Shown: one piece after another, positions 39,238 through 48,335 of the stretch
Layout of the letters: every line of letters begins with the position of its first letter
Position numbering within the stretch: the stretch's first letter is position 1
Assembly (NCBI GenBank): GCA_963838135.1
Contig: CAWIPV010000008.1
Location: 693,464 to 757,463 of the forward strand
Direction: 5' to 3'
DNA from: an uncultured Acidobacteriota bacterium
GTDB taxonomy: Bacteria; Acidobacteriota; Terriglobia; Terriglobales; Acidobacteriaceae
DNA: 64,000 bases
The notes under the pieces: model-generated
Told to the model about the DNA's origin: nothing
Database searches by the model: none
The model's input: the letters and a program-made list of their open reading frames with translations, nothing else
Translations under genes and position numbers: made by a program

Positions 39238-39357
39238 CTAGCTCGGTTCGCCATGGCCTTTGTCGTAGGAATCGTCCTACAGATCCTCGCGCCGCTTTCC
39301 TACATATCTTTCAGCGCACACTGGATACCCTGCTTCCTCGGGCAGCCTTAAGATCCT

Positions 39358-39771
39358 GTGTATATGACGCATGCAATCCAAATACTGGTTGTAGATGACT
39401 CGCCAGTCATTATCGAGCGGCTGACTGTGATGCTAGGCGAGGTTCCAGGAGTCCATGTCGCAGGATGGGCTGTGGACGGCTCCAGCGCAGCTTGGGCGCT
39501 TCAACAGCAGGCGCCCGACGCTGTGGTGCTCGATCTCAAACTCGGCGAAGACAACGGACTGGACATTCTTACCCGGTTCCGTGCAGCAATGCCGATTACG
39601 AAATTCATCATGTTCACCAATTATGCTCAACCTCCGATGCGGCGTGCCTGCATGAAGGCAGGGGCAGATTACTTCTTTGATAAGTCAAGCGAATTCCGGC
39701 AACTGATCGATGTACTAACAGGCCTGGTCGCAGAGCAAGAATTGCAGGATGAACATTCCCATGAGGACTGA
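39358..39771 (+). CDS. Stand-alone receiver (CheY-like) domain protein, probably a decapitated NarL-type regulator
   Basis: ILVVDDSPV, VVLDLKLGEDNG and FFDKS. A LuxR-HTH relic follows it. Confidence 0.8.
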   Translation: MYMTHAIQILVVDDSPVIIERLTVMLGEVPGVHVAGWAVDGSSAAWALQQQAPDAVVLDLKLGEDNGLDILTRFRAAMPITKFIMFTNYAQPPMRRACMKAGADYFFDKSSEFRQLIDVLTGLVAEQELQDEHSHED

Positions 39772-39837
39772 GGACCTCCGAATCACCGCTTCCTTTGGAG
39801 GCATTCGCATGAGACAGCGCTGGAGCCACATGCGGCA

Positions 39838-39934
39838 CTGTCCGGTCCGGAATTCGAAATCGTGTGCTTGATCGCCAGCAGGAAAGACGACCACCGCTAT
39901 CGAGGGTCGATCGTCATTACGGTTTAGGCCATAA
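39838..39934 (+). pseudogene. Frameshifted relic of a LuxR-type HTH domain
   Basis: The DNA aligns by eye to 39051-39140 of the neighbouring regulator. It reads LSGPEFEIVCLIA, then shifts frame to AGKTTTAIEG (compare LSDREFEILRMIAAGKTTTAIADQ), and is then truncated. Confidence 0.6.
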
Positions 39935-39948
39935 CAGGGAGAAGGTTC

Positions 39949-40398
39949 GTGCTGAACAAGAGACACAAACTTCTAGTGGTCGATGACGAGCGAGCCATAG
40001 CTTCTCTTCGAGCCGCAATCCTTGAATCTCAAGGCTACGAGACGGCCACGGCCTTCAGCGGAGAAGAAGCGGTGCGGGTGGCCCATTCCTTTCAGCCCGA
40101 TTGCATTGTGAGTGACGTGATGATGGAAACGATGAACGGCGTGAATGCGGCGATAGAGATTTTGAATTTTCTGCCCCGGTGTAAGGTTTTGTTCATTTCT
40201 GGTAATGCTGGCTACGGAGGCTACCTAGGAAGGGCACGGGCAAATGGTTTCAATTTTGAAACTCTGGAAAAGCCAGTTACTCCGCTTGAAGTGTTGGCGA
40301 GAGTAGCAAAGGTTCTTTCAGCCTCATCCTATCCAGACCGAAAACCACCAGAATCAGGATACCAACTTGCAGCGGGAATCAGTTCAAAGGGTTTTTGA
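39949..40398 (+). CDS. Stand-alone receiver domain protein
   Basis: LLVVDDERA, CIVSDVMMETMNG and LEKP. Confidence 0.8.
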   Translation: MLNKRHKLLVVDDERAIASLRAAILESQGYETATAFSGEEAVRVAHSFQPDCIVSDVMMETMNGVNAAIEILNFLPRCKVLFISGNAGYGGYLGRARANGFNFETLEKPVTPLEVLARVAKVLSASSYPDRKPPESGYQLAAGISSKGF

Positions 40399-41039
40399 AG
40401 ATTATGCCGAATCACGCACATTACCGGACGTCATTGAACGCAATCTCGACGCCTGCCTTCGTGGTCGATGGCGACGTACAGATATTAGACCTGAACGATG
40501 CCGCGGCTCACTTCTGCGATCAAAAGCAGGAGGCGGCTTATAAGCGCCGTGGTGGCGAGGTTTTCCATTGCCTGCACTCTACTGATGTACCCGAGGGCTG
40601 CGGCAGGGGGTCCTTCTGCAAGAACTGTGTTATCCGCAACTCGGTGACAAAGTGTTTGGAAGGGCAGACAATCAGCCGCAAAGTAATGAAGCTCGAGCTC
40701 GCTTATAAACACGAAACAAAGGATATGCAAGTTCTTATAACGGCAAGCCCAATCCCGAATGGTGATAAAAAGCTGGCCATCGTAATGGTCGAAGACATCA
40801 CTGACCGCCAAAAGCCGGTGTACAACATCTCCCCCACAACCCCTTTCAAAAGTGGTCCGGTGCTGCGACAAGAGATCGACTGGCAACCCCGTCCACGGAC
40901 TCTCAAAGAGTTTCCGGAAGCGACTCAGGCCCGGCTCCGGCAATTGGACTTTAATCGAACCATCACAGTTTGCGTGGGCGACGAAGCCATGTATGTCCGG
41001 CGAATCAGACTCAATCAATTTCTGTGGTGCCACGCCTAA
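40395..41039 (+). CDS. PAS-like domain protein with a Cys/His cluster
   Basis: LNAISTPAFVVDGDVQILDLNDAA...FHCLHSTDVPEGCGRGSFCKNCVIRN...MVEDITD. It overlaps the upstream gene by 4 bp. Confidence 0.55.
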   Translation: MKIMPNHAHYRTSLNAISTPAFVVDGDVQILDLNDAAAHFCDQKQEAAYKRRGGEVFHCLHSTDVPEGCGRGSFCKNCVIRNSVTKCLEGQTISRKVMKLELAYKHETKDMQVLITASPIPNGDKKLAIVMVEDITDRQKPVYNISPTTPFKSGPVLRQEIDWQPRPRTLKEFPEATQARLRQLDFNRTITVCVGDEAMYVRRIRLNQFLWCHA

Positions 41040-41052
41040 GCGGGGACGTGCC

Positions 41053-41313
41053 ATGGTAGAAAAATGCGTCAATAGCTGGTGTCCTAGTACCCGTCATGCA
41101 GATGATGGAAAGCTGTTCCGTTTAGATATTGACCTCGGCAATAAGGCTGGTGGGAGTGAGCTTAAAACAGAGTACATATGGCTATGCGCTCGTTGCGCTC
41201 TGAAGATGCACCCCGAGGTCGAAGTTACCGGGAACACTGTCAAGCTGCGACTTTCGAAGAATGCCACGAAGCAAGTGGCGGACACCAATGCGCCGTCGGA
41301 ACGAGTGAACTAA
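41053..41313 (+). CDS. Small zinc-ribbon-like protein (C-x4-C ... GKLF ... WLC-x2-C)
   Basis: 86 aa: MVEKCVNSWCPS..DDGKLFRLD...EYIWLCARCALKM. Confidence 0.5.
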   Translation: MVEKCVNSWCPSTRHADDGKLFRLDIDLGNKAGGSELKTEYIWLCARCALKMHPEVEVTGNTVKLRLSKNATKQVADTNAPSERVN

Positions 41314-41782
41314 AACACAATTTCTGGATGAAATGCCGTGAACGCAATTCTTCCACTAGCTTTGTCGAATGTCTTCATGGCACGAGAGGCAAGTCCATCT
41401 CTTCTCTCAAGCCCATCTTTTCCCTCCTAATGTCACGAACGATTCCACCGAGCGGTCAACCGGAAATTATTCGCGAGCCATTGCGCGCACCGGCAACACA
41501 AGACATGGGCGCATGATCGCCCACTTGTATCCGCACAACCTTGCATTACGAGAAAGAATCGCAGAACGTCGTACAACCTGAATGCGAAAGAGTACGTCTG
41601 AGTTCCCCAGATAGCTCTCACCACACCGGGCGGCTTCCGCCCACCGAATTCGGGCCCCTTTTAAAAAGTTCCAATTTGATTTGTGCGATGCATCTGCTTC
41701 TGCCACGGACGCGTGCGTGCGCCCTTTTCCCTCCGGTGCTGACACTGGAGAAGACGAAGAGAGTCTCTACAGAGGATGTCCT

Positions 41783-42190
41783 ATGAAACTCGCGGTTTCG
41801 TTGTTTCTTAGTGTTTTCTTGTTGCTGCCTGCGGCGGCACAGCAGGTTCCCGCTTTCAGCGGCGATTTCCAGACCACAAACCCTACTTCGAGTGGTAACT
41901 CCGTTCAAGTCACATTTGCCTACCGGCTAGTGAATGGGACTGGAACTGCTATCACCGGTGCTACCGCGGCAATTGTCGACTCTACCAGCCCCGCGCGGTA
42001 CGGCGCTACGAGCAACATCGCCATCGCAGCCGGCGGCAACGTGGTGATCACGCAGGTTGTCACGGTGCCGCAGCGGATTGCTAATTCTTGGCAAGCGAAC
42101 AACGCCGCGACTGTGCAGGTTCAGTATGTTGACGCCAACGGCAATCCGGCAAATGCCATTGCAGTGCTGCAAGCGAGCAGCCAGTTATGA
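41783..42190 (+). CDS. Small secreted protein (beta-rich, Ig-like?) co-transcribed with giant gene A
   Basis: Signal peptide MKLAVSLFLSVFLLLPAAAQQ. Its stop overlaps the next start (ATGA). Confidence 0.55.
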   Translation: MKLAVSLFLSVFLLLPAAAQQVPAFSGDFQTTNPTSSGNSVQVTFAYRLVNGTGTAITGATAAIVDSTSPARYGATSNIAIAAGGNVVITQVVTVPQRIANSWQANNAATVQVQYVDANGNPANAIAVLQASSQL

Positions 42191-44973
42191 ACGGGGGAGA
42201 GCAGATGCATACTGGGAGAATCGCAACCCGAATAATTTTGCTGTGCACCGTTGTGCTGCTGCTAGCCACCGTCAGCGCCGCACAGAACTTTGTCTATTTT
42301 AGCGACGGAATCAGCACCGTCTATGGCTATCAGGTGAGCGCAACAGGAGTGTTGACGCCGGTACCGGGAGCCCCATTTGCCACGGGCGGCAACGGTGCTA
42401 TTGACTACTATGCCGCGAATCAGATCGCTGTTTCGAGCCAGGGATTCGTTTTTGTTTCGAACGCCGGGAGCAGAACCATTGCCTCTTTCGCTGTCAACTC
42501 AGGAACAGGAACGCTAACCGCCGTCCCTGGATCACCATTTACGTCGACCGGCACTGGTTACACCATGTCCATGGCTGTAACGCCGAACGGGAATTACCTC
42601 TTTGCTTCCAACGGGGCGTACATTGAGACCTTTGCGATCGGAAGCGATGGCGAACTGAGCGCGACGAGCACGTCTTTGGCCAGCGGCGATATAGACGGTA
42701 TTGCCATTTCGCCAAACGGTGCTTTTCTCGCGGTAACACCCGCCACGGGCGGTACCGTGTACGAGTACTCAGTCAATTCAGCCGGTGCCCTCTCGCCGGT
42801 CTCGGGCAGCCCTTTCACTGGGACGCTCATTGGTGGTTCTGGTGGCACAATCACTAATGCGGCTTGGAATTGTGCCAGCAACCTGCTGTACAACGGCGTG
42901 GCGCAAAACCCCGGGATGGAAGTGGTCGGTTGGAGCGTGGATGGTTCCGGAGTGCTGACTCCACTGCCAGGCTCGCCCTATCCGTACAGTGGGGCAAGCA
43001 ACTCCAACGTGGCCATTGTTTCCACGGATGGAGCCCACGTGTACGAAACCAGCCAGGACAGCGATCAGGTTCTGCGCTACGACGTCGCAGGCAACGGCTC
43101 CCTGACTGCTATCGGCATTTACCCTACCCTCGGGGCACCGACGACAATGGCCGTCAATTCGAGCAACAATCTTTTTGTGGCCACCGACAGTAATATCTTC
43201 GCTTCCTACATGATCAATGCGGACGGCAGCCTCACCCAGGTGCAGACACTTAGCCAGAGTTCCTCGGGCGGCGTTGCAGTTTATCCCGCAAACCCCTGCA
43301 CGGCGCCGACGCTGACTTCGATTAGCGTCAGTCCCACAACTGCCACCATCGCTTACGGCGGCAATGCGCCGTTCACTGCAACCGGCAACTATAGCAACGG
43401 CAGCACGCAGAACCTGACCAGTACGGTCACGTGGACGTCCTCCAATACCGCCGTAGCCACGGTTAGCGCATCGGGGGGAGCGTCGGCCGTAGGGGTGGGG
43501 AGCGCTAACATCAGCGCCACGCTCGGAACTGTGACCAGCAACAGCAGCACGCTGACAGTGAATCAGGCAGCGACTTCGGTCAGTTGGACGACTCCGGCCC
43601 CGATCATCTACGGCACAGCGCTCAGCGCAACGCAGTTGAACGCAACCAGCGGCGGCATCGCGGGAGCCTTCGTCTACTCGCCGGCGCTGGGCACGGTGCT
43701 CGCGGCCGGTTCGCAGACGCTTTCGGTCACCTTTACCCCGGCCAATCCCACGGACTACACCACGGTAACGACGAGCGTTTCGTTAACGGTGACTCAGGCG
43801 CTACTGACGGTGACGGCGAACAACCTGAGCCGCAACATCAATACGGCGAATCCGGCATTCACCTACACGGTGGCCGGATACGTCAATGGCAACGGCATCT
43901 CGGTGGTAACAGGCGCGGCGTCATGCAGTTCCACGGCTACGACGTCAAGCCCTGCCGGGAGCTATCCCATCACTTGCACCACTGGGACCCTTTCGGCTCA
44001 GAACTACACCTTTGGCCTCACGCCGGGAACGCTCTCCGTCCTTCCTGGTCTGGTTGAAAGTAATGTCAGCGTATCGCCGGCTTCGCCCATCACATCCGGC
44101 ACCGTCATCACGGTCAGCGACACCGCAACGAATAACAGCGTGAGCTCGACATTCGGTACGGTGCTCTACTACTTCTCCACGACCACGAGCGCCAGCGGAT
44201 CGGTCTACGCAAACCGCAGTACTGGTCTGCTAGGGGTAATGGCCAGCAGTTCGGGCACGACCAAGATCACCGTGCCGAGCCTGTCGGGCTCCTACTATCT
44301 GGTTGCATGTCTGGCAACCTGCAGTTCGACGCCGATCACCATTGTCCCGCCGCCGCCGGCAGTACTGGCGGAGAGCAACGTGAGCGTATCGCCGGCCTCG
44401 CCCATCACATCCGGCACCGTGATCACCGTCAGTGACACAGTAACTGACAGTGGGAGCGCGGGCTTCGGTACGGTGCTCTTCTACTTCTCCACGACCACTA
44501 GCCCCAGCGGAGGAGTCTATGGAAACCGGAGTACTGGTTTACTGGCAGTAGGTGCCAGCAGTTCGGGTACGACCAAGATCACCGTGCCAGGGCTGTCGGG
44601 CTCCTACTATCTGGTTGCATGTCTTACCACCTGCAGTTCGACGCCGATCACCATTGTCCCGCCGCCGCCGGCAGTCCTGGCGGAGAGCAACGTGAGCGTA
44701 TCGCCGGCCTCGCCCATCACACACGGCACCGTGATCACCGTCAGCGACACCGTAACTGACAGTGGGAGCGCAGGTGCCGGTACGGTGCTCTTCTACTTCT
44801 CCCCGACCACCAGCCCTAGCGGAGGAGTCTCTGGAAACCGGAGTACTGGTTTACTGGCAGTAGGGGCCAGCAGTTCGGGCACGACCAAGATCACCGTGCC
44901 GGGCCTGTCAGGCTCCTACTATTTGGTTGCGTGTGTTACCACCTGCAGCTCGACACCGATCACAATCAACTAA
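42187..44973 (+). CDS. Giant secreted repeat protein A: beta-propeller (lactonase-like) + Big_2 + MBG-like + 3x CARDB-like
   Basis: Signal peptide, repeated propeller blades (…SPNGxxLxV…), Big_2-like ISVSPTTATIAYGGNAPFTATGNYSNGSTQNLTSTVTWTSSN, MBG-like YGTALSATQLNAT units, and three 104-aa C-terminal repeats. Confidence 0.85.
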   Translation: MNGGEQMHTGRIATRIILLCTVVLLLATVSAAQNFVYFSDGISTVYGYQVSATGVLTPVPGAPFATGGNGAIDYYAANQIAVSSQGFVFVSNAGSRTIASFAVNSGTGTLTAVPGSPFTSTGTGYTMSMAVTPNGNYLFASNGAYIETFAIGSDGELSATSTSLASGDIDGIAISPNGAFLAVTPATGGTVYEYSVNSAGALSPVSGSPFTGTLIGGSGGTITNAAWNCASNLLYNGVAQNPGMEVVGWSVDGSGVLTPLPGSPYPYSGASNSNVAIVSTDGAHVYETSQDSDQVLRYDVAGNGSLTAIGIYPTLGAPTTMAVNSSNNLFVATDSNIFASYMINADGSLTQVQTLSQSSSGGVAVYPANPCTAPTLTSISVSPTTATIAYGGNAPFTATGNYSNGSTQNLTSTVTWTSSNTAVATVSASGGASAVGVGSANISATLGTVTSNSSTLTVNQAATSVSWTTPAPIIYGTALSATQLNATSGGIAGAFVYSPALGTVLAAGSQTLSVTFTPANPTDYTTVTTSVSLTVTQALLTVTANNLSRNINTANPAFTYTVAGYVNGNGISVVTGAASCSSTATTSSPAGSYPITCTTGTLSAQNYTFGLTPGTLSVLPGLVESNVSVSPASPITSGTVITVSDTATNNSVSSTFGTVLYYFSTTTSASGSVYANRSTGLLGVMASSSGTTKITVPSLSGSYYLVACLATCSSTPITIVPPPPAVLAESNVSVSPASPITSGTVITVSDTVTDSGSAGFGTVLFYFSTTTSPSGGVYGNRSTGLLAVGASSSGTTKITVPGLSGSYYLVACLTTCSSTPITIVPPPPAVLAESNVSVSPASPITHGTVITVSDTVTDSGSAGAGTVLFYFSPTTSPSGGVSGNRSTGLLAVGASSSGTTKITVPGLSGSYYLVACVTTCSSTPITIN
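44056..44970 (+). repeat. Three tandem 312-315-bp coding repeats (CARDB-like units)
   Basis: Units start at 44056, 44371 and 44683 (ESNVSVSPASPIT...YYLVAC.TTCSSTPITI). Units 2 and 3 are nearly identical at the DNA level. Confidence 0.9.
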
Positions 44974-44986
44974 TCGCACGGTCCAA

Positions 44987-45013
44987 GCGGCTGCCCTTTA
45001 AAAGGGCAGCCGC
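44987..45013 (+). terminator. Palindromic terminator hairpin of gene A
   Basis: gcggctgcccttt/aaagggcagccgc followed by TATTTC. The same element in inverted orientation lies at 50030-50056. Confidence 0.7.
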
Positions 45014-45184
45014 TATTTCATAGAAGGTAGACTGCATTTTGCGGTTCGTACTTGGGGCACTCTTCAAGCTTGGGCCTCAAGGTGACTTATATTTTCAGTA
45101 GTTCACGGTTGAAGAGTCTACAGCGGATTGAATTTCCATTTCCCTGGAATAAAACCAATCATCCTGAGTTATCCTCATTGTGCC

Positions 45185-45724
45185 GTGGCTGACTCCCAGA
45201 GCGATTTCGGATCTTTCGAAGAGCTGGCAATGCCGCTGTTTCCCCGCCTGTACAACTTTGCGCACTGGCTTACACAGGACCGCAGTGAAGCGGAGGATCT
45301 GGTGCAGGAAACTTGCGTGAAGGCTCTGAAGGGATTTGGTTCCTTTCGTCAGGGAACGAATTTCCGTGCTTGGATGTATAGGATTCTGAAGAATACGTTT
45401 CTCACTTCGCGTGCTGGCCTGAGCGCCGTGACGGCCTCTCTGGATGATGACGAGGACCCGGTGGCCGAACCCATTGCACACGGGACGCCGGAATCGATTC
45501 TGATCTCCAACGCGGATCGGCAGACGATTCAAGCAGCTCTGGAGGGGCTCCCGGTGCAGTACCGCGAAGTAATTCTGTTGTGCGACGTGGAAGAGATGAG
45601 TTATCAGGAGATTGCCGAGACACTGGCAATTCCGATTGGGACCGTAATGTCACGCCTTTCGCGCGGACGAAAAGCGATGCGCGAATTGCTGAACGAGGCC
45701 AGCATACGGAGGGCGGTGAAGTGA
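45185..45724 (+). CDS. ECF-type RNA polymerase sigma factor
   Basis: Region 2 (LYNFAHWLTQDRSEAEDLVQETCVKAL...FRAWMYRILKNTF) and region 4 (YREVILLCDVEEMSYQEIAETLAIPIGTVMSRLSRGR). GTG 45185 is preferred; the ORF-track TTG at 45128 is the alternative. Confidence 0.85.
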   Translation: MADSQSDFGSFEELAMPLFPRLYNFAHWLTQDRSEAEDLVQETCVKALKGFGSFRQGTNFRAWMYRILKNTFLTSRAGLSAVTASLDDDEDPVAEPIAHGTPESILISNADRQTIQAALEGLPVQYREVILLCDVEEMSYQEIAETLAIPIGTVMSRLSRGRKAMRELLNEASIRRAVK

Positions 45725-46479
45725 CTTGCGACGAATTGCACGGCAAACTGGCGCCCTACGTTGATTCCGAACTTCCTGCCGGTGAGCTGGCGGAGTTTGA
45801 GTCTCATTTGCACGGCTGTGCCACCTGCGCCGCTTACGCGCTGGGACTGCTGCAAACGAAGCGCGCGATTCGGGCGGCGGCCACGCGCTATGTGCCGTCT
45901 CCGGAGTTTCGCCTCCGCATGGAGCAAAGCATTCGCGCCAAGAACAAGCGGCAGTGGTTCGACATGCGCTTCCCCAGGCTTGCGCTGGTTGCCTTTGCCG
46001 CGGTGTTGTTGATCGCGTCGGTCACCGTGTGGGTGAATCACTCCGGGCGCGAACGTGAGCTCACTGAGATTGCAGACCTGCATGTGACCGCTCTGGCCAG
46101 TTCCAACCCGGTGGACGTGGTGTCGTCGGACAAGCATACCGTGAAGCCTTGGTTTGCCGGAAAACTACCCTTTTCATTCAATCTTCCGGAGTTGCAGAAT
46201 TCCGAGTTCACCCTGGCTGGTGGGCGCCTGGCTTATTTCGAGCGTAGCTCGGGCGCGCAATTGATCTTCAACCTGCGCAAACATCAGCTCTCTGTTTTTA
46301 TCTTTAAGGAGGAGCCGCGAGAATTTCCTTTTCACGAGGGAACGGTCACTTCCACCCGACTTACCCTCCACATGGAGAACTGGAGTGAGGGTGGCCTGCG
46401 CTACTTCGTCGTCAGTGACGCCCCCGCGTCCGACGTGCACGCGTTGAGCGAACTGCTGAGAAAAGCAGCCCGCTCGTGA
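45721..46479 (+). CDS. Anti-sigma factor (zf-HC2, single TM helix, extracytoplasmic domain)
   Basis: The GTG start overlaps the sigma stop (GTGA). CDELHGKLAPYVDSEL...HLHGCATC motif. TM helix LALVAFAAVLLIASVTVWV. Confidence 0.8.
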   Translation: MTCDELHGKLAPYVDSELPAGELAEFESHLHGCATCAAYALGLLQTKRAIRAAATRYVPSPEFRLRMEQSIRAKNKRQWFDMRFPRLALVAFAAVLLIASVTVWVNHSGRERELTEIADLHVTALASSNPVDVVSSDKHTVKPWFAGKLPFSFNLPELQNSEFTLAGGRLAYFERSSGAQLIFNLRKHQLSVFIFKEEPREFPFHEGTVTSTRLTLHMENWSEGGLRYFVVSDAPASDVHALSELLRKAARS

Positions 46480-46573
46480 ATTCGCCGCCTCTCTGAACAA
46501 ACTCAAGCAGAGAGTATGGGTAGGTACGTTCCCTATTTGCCGGTCCCTTCTTGAGAGGTATGCGGAGGCAACG

Positions 46574-47296
46574 GTGCCAACGAGAACGGAAGACCACATT
46601 CATATTGGAGCTATCGTTTTTCCAGGAATGGACCAAATTGACTTTACTGGACCCTTCGAAGTTCTTTCACGAATTCCCGACTCCACTTTCCATGTACTGT
46701 GGAAAGAGGCGATTCCGATTCGAGACGTTAAAGGACTGATCATCACGCCCGAGAGGACTTTTAGAGAGTCCCCACAACTCAATTTACTTGTCGTTCCGGG
46801 CGGTTTCGGACAGGAAGCCCTAATGGACGACGATGTCGCGCTGAAATTCATCCGGGATCAGGCCGCGGGAACCAAGTACGTCTTCTCTGTCTGCACCGGA
46901 GCCTTGGTTTGTGGGGCAGCAGGCTTACTGAAGGGTGTACGCGCCACCACACATTGGTCGGCCTTTCACCTACTTGAGTACTTTGGAGCCATTCCTGTCA
47001 ATTCGCGAGTGGTGGTTGATGGAAAACATGTCAGTGCCGCGGGTGTCACCGCCGGCATTGATGGAGCTTTAAGAGTGGCGTCACTTATGCGCAACGAGCG
47101 GATCGCTCAGCAAATTCAACTTTCAATCGAATATGCCCCGAACCCACCCTTCAACAGTGGCACTCCGCAAACCGCTCCACAGGAAGTCCTCGAGGCCGCA
47201 CAAGCCTCGGTTCGGCAGATCACAGAAGCGCGGCTGGTCACTGCGCGGCGCATCGCTTCCCGCCTGGGTATCAAGCCGTTGTCTGAAACGGTATAA
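46574..47296 (+). CDS. DJ-1/PfpI-family protein (isocyanide-hydratase-like)
   Basis: IGAIVFPGMDQIDFTGPFEVL, nucleophile elbow SVCTGALVCGAAGLL, and THW. Confidence 0.8.
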   Translation: MPTRTEDHIHIGAIVFPGMDQIDFTGPFEVLSRIPDSTFHVLWKEAIPIRDVKGLIITPERTFRESPQLNLLVVPGGFGQEALMDDDVALKFIRDQAAGTKYVFSVCTGALVCGAAGLLKGVRATTHWSAFHLLEYFGAIPVNSRVVVDGKHVSAAGVTAGIDGALRVASLMRNERIAQQIQLSIEYAPNPPFNSGTPQTAPQEVLEAAQASVRQITEARLVTARRIASRLGIKPLSETV

Positions 47297-47373
47297 ACAA
47301 ACTCTCTATCGTCTATTGTGAAGGTGCTGAGCGAGCTGCTGGGTGAAAGCAGCCCGCTTGTGAGCTGTTGAAG

Positions 47374-47823
47374 CTATCGGCTCGTGTTGTTCGAGGCATC
47401 TCTCTGCGGGGAGGAGAGCAACTTCAGGTAGCTGATGATGGCGGCGCGTTCATCGGCTTTCGGAATATGAAAATCCATGTTGTTGTCCTCGACCAGTGAG
47501 TCCGTATCTGTAAGCCATTTTTCCAATCGTTGTTCATCCCAAACAAAGTGCGCCGACTTGAGAGCCGATGAATAGTTGAAACCAGGCGCGGTACCCGCCT
47601 GCCTTCCATACACGTCTGACAGCCTCGGGCCTTCTTTGTTGCGATCGAGCGAGTGGCAGCCGGTGCAGCGCTTCTCGAACAGTTGCTTGCCCTCGTCGGC
47701 GTTTTCTGCCGCGCGGCTGATCTTGGGAAAGATAACCAGCGCGAGCAGCAACAAGGCAAGTGGAGTTCCAGCGAGGCGGGCAACCGGGTAGTCCACCTTC
47801 TTCATTGAGCGTAAGTACTTCAT
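47374..47823 (-). CDS. Membrane-anchored class I c-type cytochrome
   Basis: N-terminal TM helix, CTGCHS haem motif, and a distal Met region (NNMDF). Confidence 0.8.
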   Translation of the reverse strand: MKYLRSMKKVDYPVARLAGTPLALLLLALVIFPKISRAAENADEGKQLFEKRCTGCHSLDRNKEGPRLSDVYGRQAGTAPGFNYSSALKSAHFVWDEQRLEKWLTDTDSLVEDNNMDFHIPKADERAAIISYLKLLSSPQRDASNNTSR

Positions 47824-48335
47824 TTCGCCTCCGTTCTCTGAGTGGATACATCAGAAGAGAGTTTGTTATTTTCAGCCTCGGCCACCAGGCGTTTTCGCTC
47901 GACTTTTGTCCAGTCGACGATGAGCTTTCGCTCGGACTCAGATAGTCGCGCTTCGGGATGCAGCAGGAGGTATTGTTTCAAGGGCATCTTGCCTTGGCGA
48001 AGCTGAGTGCTCATCTTCCCCAGGAGATCGATGCGGCTGTCGATGCTGTACTTCTCCCAGGAAGAAAGGTTCATGTGTTCGCGTCCTTCATGCACGTCAT
48101 GCTCAACCAGCCACGAGGTGGGCGCAATCTTGCTGTAGAGAGGCCACCGCGTGTTGTTTGAATGGCAGTCGCCGCACTTCCGCGCGAGTAGCGTTTGAAC
48201 CTCGCCTGGAACATTCGTTTTTCCTATCACGGCGCTACCTTCGGTGTGCAGGTTTCCCCACGGGTGAATGAGTGACAAAGCGGTGACAGCCAATGCCGCG
48301 ACGGTTGCGCCAGTGGATAGTGTGCGTGCTCTCAT
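47820..48335 (-). CDS. Haem-binding-domain (Haem_bd-like) protein
   Basis: CGDCHSNNTRWPLYSKIAPTSWLVEHDVHEGREHMNLS. 4-bp overlaps on both sides. Confidence 0.7.
   Translation of the reverse strand: MRARTLSTGATVAALAVTALSLIHPWGNLHTEGSAVIGKTNVPGEVQTLLARKCGDCHSNNTRWPLYSKIAPTSWLVEHDVHEGREHMNLSSWEKYSIDSRIDLLGKMSTQLRQGKMPLKQYLLLHPEARLSESERKLIVDWTKVERKRLVAEAENNKLSSDVSTQRTEAK

Larger units (their letters stand above)
43803..45013 (+). repeat. Left arm of the 1.2-kb inverted repeat (3' end of gene A plus its terminator)
   Basis: Manual alignment to the reverse complement of 50030..51240. There are 5 mismatches in 43923-45013 (1091 bp) and 7 mismatches in 43804-43922. Confidence 0.95.

Noticed and set aside
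44539-44724. Identical 61-aa ORFs at 44539..44724 (-) and 50319..50504 (+).
   Set aside because: They are antisense to the CARDB-like repeats. Their duplication is only a by-product of the inverted repeat.
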